Assembly (NCBI GenBank): GCA_023441805.1
Contig: JAEZNO010000025.1
Coordinates: forward strand, 13,284 to 77,283
Origin: Bacteroidota bacterium
GTDB taxonomy: Bacteria > Bacteroidota > Bacteroidia > Bacteroidales > Lentimicrobiaceae
Reading direction: 5' to 3'
DNA: 64,000 nt
Shown here in pieces: positions 59,662-64,000 of this stretch; position 1 is the stretch's first letter; each line of letters opens with the position of its first letter. Both the position numbers and the translations under genes were made by a program. The notes under the pieces are model-generated. The model was not told the origin of the DNA and did no database searches. It worked only from the letters and a program-made list of their open reading frames with translations.

Positions 59662-62601
59662 CTAGTATCTAGGATCAGCCTGGGGCGGAAGTTTTGCCAT
59701 TCTCTGTGCTTCAACTGAAGGGTAACCAAAATCATCAACTACAATCCCCAAAATAAGATAAACACCCCGACCACGGGTTGGATTCTTTTTCAGAACATCA
59801 GGAAATATCACTACATCGAAGAAATTACCCTCGTTATCGATGAAAGTAACGAACTGCATAATCTCGTTTTTTATTGTGCGAACATACTTTATGGTAACAA
59901 GAGCACCGGCCATACGGACCTGTTTGCCTACGTAATGTTTAAGAGATTTAGCCAATACTTCGCCCCTGAATTTAGTCTTCAGCATGTCGAAATAGCTCAT
60001 ACTCACAGGGAAGTCAAGCAGTTCGATTTCATCATAAGCATCTTCAATAGGATTATGCTCAAACTCGGGCAACTCAAATTGCTTAACACCTTGTCGAAAC
60101 AGTACAGGTGCCGTTACTTTTTGTGTCTTTCCAAGCAACATGTGAGATTGCCATAATAACTGTTGTTTATTGAATCCTGTAAACCTCAACGCACCTGAGC
60201 GAATCAGAAGAATAGTCTGCTCTAATCCGGGATTCACCCTTTGGGTAAAATCGTCCAGCGAAAGATATGGGCCATTTTCATTTCTCTCATTGATAATTCT
60301 ATGTGCAACATCGCTCTCCAGTCCTGAAATATGTACTAACCCAATATAGATAGTCTTTCCTGTTACACTATTAAAATACCTGCCTCTGTTTACACAGGGA
60401 AGTTCCAGTTCGGCACCCCAGCGTTTGGCTTCGTTGAAATATACCCAGCTTTGATAGTATCCACCGAAATTATTGGCTACGGCAACCATGAACTCTATAG
60501 GATAATAGGCTTTAAGAAATAGGCTCTGATAACTTTCTACTGCAAATGAGGCCGAATGAGCCTTCGAGAACGAGTATCCTGCAAATGACTCAATCTGTCG
60601 CCACACTTCCTTTGTGATGGCATCAGGATAACCCTTAGCCTTACAATTAGCAAAAAACTTATCCACAATCTTCTGAAACTCAACCCTCGACCTGTATTTT
60701 CCACTCATTGCACGGCGGAGGACATCAGCATCAGCAAGATCCATTCCTGCAAAATGGTGACAAATCTTCAGCACATCCTCCTGATATACCATTACGCCAA
60801 AGGTTTCGCTCAATTGTTCCTTCATTACCGGATGGATATATTCAAATCCATTGGGATTATGGAATCTGACTATATATTCACGCATCATGCCCGAACGAGC
60901 TACACCGGGACGAATAATTGAGCTTACGGCAACTAATGTAACATAATCATCACAACGCAATTTAGTAATTAACCCACGCATGCCGGGGCTTTCTATATAA
61001 AAGCAACCTGTTGTTTCTCCGCTACTTAACAGCTTTTTTACACTAGAGTCGGTCTTAAACCTGGGTACCTGATGGATATCAATCGACTTACCGTAATTCT
61101 CTCTAATGATATCCACGCATTCAGCAATATGCCCTAATCCGCGCTGACTTAATATATCAAGTTTCTCGAAGCCCAAATCCTCAGCCACATACATATCCCA
61201 TTGTGTTACAGGCATGGATTTGGGTGGCAGGTCAAGTGCTGTGTAACATGTTATTGGCTCTTCGGATATTAACACCCCACCCGCATGGATACTCCTTATA
61301 TTTGGGAAATCAGTCATGCGAACACCAATCTCCATAATCTTTCTGCCAATATGATCCATTTCAGAGGGTGGGGGAGGTTCCTCGACTAATTTATCCAACT
61401 CAGCTTTCGGCAATCCCACCACCTTACCTAATTCCCTGATTATAGATTTTCCCTTAAAGGTTGACATGGCTCCCAGCAGGGCAGTATGCTCACGACCATA
61501 TCTCTTGAAAATATAATCGAGCACTTCATCTCGTTCTTTCCATGAATAATCTATATCAAAATCAGGTGGACTGGTACGTTTAGGATTAAGGAAACGTTCA
61601 AAATAAAGGTTCAGCTCAATAGGGTCTACATCGGTGATTCTCAGACAATAAGCTACGATACTATTGGCACCGCTACCACGACCGACATGATAAAACCCCC
61701 TCGACATAGAATATCTTATAATATCCCATGTAATTAGGAAATAGGCGCAGAAACCAAGTCTTTCAATGATATCAAGTTCATGTCGTACCCTGCGTTTGGC
61801 TTCAGCATTATTCTTCCCATACCGATAAATCAATCCATCGAGTGCCAGTTTTTCGAGGAGCAGCCTGTCGTCATAAGCACTTCCTGTAAAGGTCTTTTTA
61901 TTCTTAATCGATTTATAATCAAATCCAATGGAGCATCGACCGGTAATGCGTTCTGTATTTCTGATCAGCTCAGGGAAATTCTGGAAAAGATCAGTTAATT
62001 GCTTGTGGGTGCGCATCATACGATCACTGCTTGCAACCATATCAGCTGTAAGACGGGTAAGCAGAATGTTATTATCGATGGCCCTCAGATACCTGTGCAA
62101 CTCATAGCTTCCTTCATCAGTAAAAGCTGCCGGTGAATGTATAATGTACTTGTCAGGATACTTAGTGTAATCAGATAATGGCAGTTTTGTGATGTCGGAA
62201 GCGGTTACACCAATATATTCATTCTCTGCAAGTTGATTGGCTTTATGATTGCCGGCAAATGGATAAACTATCATAACATTGCGAAATGGCGGAGCAATAA
62301 TAGGCAGAGCTGTCTTCTGCAGATTACTACGACTCATTAGCTCATTCAGTTCCCTAAATCCATCGTTATTTTCAGCAATACCCGTATACAGAAGTTTATT
62401 TCCATCTCTGAATTCCATTCCTGCCACAGGTTTTATTCCCTCCTTATTGCAGGCAGACACAAAATCAATAACTCCTGTGCTGTTATTGATATCAGTAAGC
62501 AAAGCAACTTCTGCACCGGCTTCACGGGTAAGCGATGGAATTTTATCGACTGGTATTGTACCGTAACGCAGGCTGTAATATGAGTTATAACTCAGGTGCA
62601 T
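59662..62601 (-). CDS. dnaE2: DNA polymerase III alpha subunit, error-prone DnaE2-type
   Basis: GRGSGANS, FERFLN, PDFDID, HAGG, KLDIL, YSFSKAHS; 979 aa, ends after the OB fold; follows dinB. Confidence 0.88.
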   Translation of the reverse strand: MHLSYNSYYSLRYGTIPVDKIPSLTREAGAEVALLTDINNSTGVIDFVSACNKEGIKPVAGMEFRDGNKLLYTGIAENNDGFRELNELMSRSNLQKTALPIIAPPFRNVMIVYPFAGNHKANQLAENEYIGVTASDITKLPLSDYTKYPDKYIIHSPAAFTDEGSYELHRYLRAIDNNILLTRLTADMVASSDRMMRTHKQLTDLFQNFPELIRNTERITGRCSIGFDYKSIKNKKTFTGSAYDDRLLLEKLALDGLIYRYGKNNAEAKRRVRHELDIIERLGFCAYFLITWDIIRYSMSRGFYHVGRGSGANSIVAYCLRITDVDPIELNLYFERFLNPKRTSPPDFDIDYSWKERDEVLDYIFKRYGREHTALLGAMSTFKGKSIIRELGKVVGLPKAELDKLVEEPPPPSEMDHIGRKIMEIGVRMTDFPNIRSIHAGGVLISEEPITCYTALDLPPKSMPVTQWDMYVAEDLGFEKLDILSQRGLGHIAECVDIIRENYGKSIDIHQVPRFKTDSSVKKLLSSGETTGCFYIESPGMRGLITKLRCDDYVTLVAVSSIIRPGVARSGMMREYIVRFHNPNGFEYIHPVMKEQLSETFGVMVYQEDVLKICHHFAGMDLADADVLRRAMSGKYRSRVEFQKIVDKFFANCKAKGYPDAITKEVWRQIESFAGYSFSKAHSASFAVESYQSLFLKAYYPIEFMVAVANNFGGYYQSWVYFNEAKRWGAELELPCVNRGRYFNSVTGKTIYIGLVHISGLESDVAHRIINERNENGPYLSLDDFTQRVNPGLEQTILLIRSGALRFTGFNKQQLLWQSHMLLGKTQKVTAPVLFRQGVKQFELPEFEHNPIEDAYDEIELLDFPVSMSYFDMLKTKFRGEVLAKSLKHYVGKQVRMAGALVTIKYVRTIKNEIMQFVTFIDNEGNFFDVVIFPDVLKKNPTRGRGVYLILGIVVDDFGYPSVEAQRMAKLPPQADPRY

Positions 62602-62634
62602 TGATTCCTCTTTTTCTCTCAGTTAATCCAATCA

Positions 62635-63813
62635 TTAGTCCTCGTCATATTCATTTATCCCCAAAGCTGCTCCATGAGTTATGTATCGCACACCAAAGCG
62701 GTTGCGAATACGGTCCATAGCCTGATACAGGCTGATGGTTTCCGGGTTATCATCAAACATATTTATCTGTTGTACACCGCTCACCAGGTGACTGAATTTG
62801 ATGCCTATGAGCCTGATAAGCATTCGTCGCTGATAGAGGCGGTTAAAGAGATTGCGGACTACCGGCAGCAGAACATGGTCGAAAGCAGTGTAAGGAATTC
62901 GGTGCTGCAGGGTATGTGTATCAAAATTGGCATACCGTACCTTCACTGTAACACACGAGGTTAGTTTCTTTTTACTTCTCAGTTCAAAAGCCAGCTTCTC
63001 CACCTTTTTTAAAAGCAGGTCGTTGATCATCGGGATGTTTATGGTATCCTGTTCAAATGTGCTTTCAGTGCTGATAGATTTCCTTTCAGAATATGGCTCT
63101 ACAGGAGTATGATCAATACCATTGGCCTTTTTCCATATCATAATGCCATTTTTACCCATAACTCTTTCCACCATTTCAAGCGGCATAGAGCGTAAAGTCT
63201 CAATATAGGCAATGCCCATTGAGCGAAGCAGTTTATATGTCTGTTCGCCAATCCCCGGTATCTTGCTGATAGATAAGGGATCAAGAAATGCATTTATACG
63301 AGGTGCTATTACCTGCAGTTCACCATTTGGCTTTGCCTGTCCGGTGGCAATCTTCGAGACGGTTTTATTAACCGAAAGTCCGAACGAAATTGGCAGCCCC
63401 GATTCCTTTATAATGCGTTGACGTAGCTCGTGCGACCATTTGAGGGATCCGAAGAAACGATCCATGCCGGTAATATCAATGTAGTGCTCATCAATTGAGG
63501 CTTTTTCATAAATAGGTGACTCCTCAGCAATGATATCGGTAACCATGCGAGAATAACGGGTGTATTGCTCCATGTCGCCGCGAATTACAATTGCATCAGG
63601 GCAAAGGGCACGTGCCATTTTCATTGGCATGGCCGAATGCACACCAAAGGTCCTTGCCTCATAGCTGCAACCTGCAACTACTCCGCGATCGGACATGCCT
63701 CCCACAATTATTGGCAAGCCGTTTAGCTTGCTGTTGTTCAAACGCTCAACCGAAACAAAGAAGGTATCCAGGTCAAGATGCAGTATCGTTCTATTCTCTA
63801 AAACGGGCAGCAT
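62635..63813 (-). CDS. dinB: DNA polymerase IV (Y family)
   Basis: HLDLDTFFVSVE, SYEAR, SIDE, SKIA, KP.G. Confidence 0.93.
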   Translation of the reverse strand: MLPVLENRTILHLDLDTFFVSVERLNNSKLNGLPIIVGGMSDRGVVAGCSYEARTFGVHSAMPMKMARALCPDAIVIRGDMEQYTRYSRMVTDIIAEESPIYEKASIDEHYIDITGMDRFFGSLKWSHELRQRIIKESGLPISFGLSVNKTVSKIATGQAKPNGELQVIAPRINAFLDPLSISKIPGIGEQTYKLLRSMGIAYIETLRSMPLEMVERVMGKNGIMIWKKANGIDHTPVEPYSERKSISTESTFEQDTINIPMINDLLLKKVEKLAFELRSKKKLTSCVTVKVRYANFDTHTLQHRIPYTAFDHVLLPVVRNLFNRLYQRRMLIRLIGIKFSHLVSGVQQINMFDDNPETISLYQAMDRIRNRFGVRYITHGAALGINEYDED

Positions 63814-63860
63814 AAAAATATTTTTAGCAGTTTGTCAAAATGAGTTTTCTTTGTTGTATC

Positions 63861-63885
63861 TTTGATTAGTTTTTAATCAAATTAG
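63861..63885. promoter_or_regulatory. Candidate operator between dinB and the XRE regulator
   Basis: Perfect inverted repeat TTTGATTA-N5-TAATCAAA (63861-63881) overlapping a TATCTTTG -7 box (63857-63864) and TTAA-N5-TTAG (63873-63885). Confidence 0.55.
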
Positions 63886-63924
63886 CGACTACAATATAAT
63901 CATTTATTATCTAACCTGCAACAA

Positions 63925-64000
63925 ATGAGCAATATTTTTAGTTCAAACATTAAGCTATTGAGAAAGAGGAGAGGACGCACTCAGGATGATGTTGCTGTGG
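63925..64000 (+). CDS. XRE-family helix-turn-helix regulator, 5' part only
   Basis: Not in the ORF track. Translates MSNIFSSNIKLLRKRRGRTQDDVAV, a typical Cro/C1 HTH start, divergent from dinB. Confidence 0.8.
   Translation, partial: MSNIFSSNIKLLRKRRGRTQDDVAV

Noticed and set aside
279..63815. Many 60-140 aa ORFs antisense to or nested in longer genes
   Set aside because: They are shadows of well-supported genes and show no motifs or independent expression signals.

Overview
A 64-kb AT-rich chromosomal window from a Bacteroidota bacterium, probably Bacteroidales. This is inferred from TAnnTTTG -7 promoter boxes, the Bacteroidota-type SRP RNA and the gene content. It is mostly housekeeping and metabolic DNA with no transposase, integrase, phage or CRISPR array. 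In order it holds: an alpha-glucoside locus (GH65 phosphorylase, two tandem uridine-kinase-fold P-loop proteins, cytoplasmic GH13, MFS sugar transporter); tRNA-Gly(CCC); macrodomain, nfeD, suhB, YciI, mtaB; arcC-arcB; GH92; pgm; ugd-rfbD; a TetR-TolC-HlyD-ABC exporter operon; pstSCAB; type III glutamine synthetase; tRNA-Lys(UUU); SRP RNA; a DUF4199-GT2-GT4-hddA-gmhA-hddC-gmhB (GDP-heptose) cluster; kdsA; rarA; two tiny lipoproteins; a DEAD-box helicase; an FMN-riboswitch-controlled TonB-dependent receptor; a hybrid histidine kinase; an ECF sigma factor; and a dinB-dnaE2 cassette divergent from an XRE-HTH regulator cut by the window edge. Best candidates for something new: (1) a kinase/pseudokinase pair beside a trehalose-6-phosphate-phosphorylase-type GH65, suggesting a PTS-independent kinase route for disaccharide use; (2) a probable outer-membrane riboflavin transporter; (3) four intergenic elements that share 11-bp phasing and inverted layout but not unit sequence, one a near-perfect G-rich palindrome; (4) two micro-lipoproteins dense in O-glycosylation sequons. 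All calls come from reading motifs by eye; no database searches were run.
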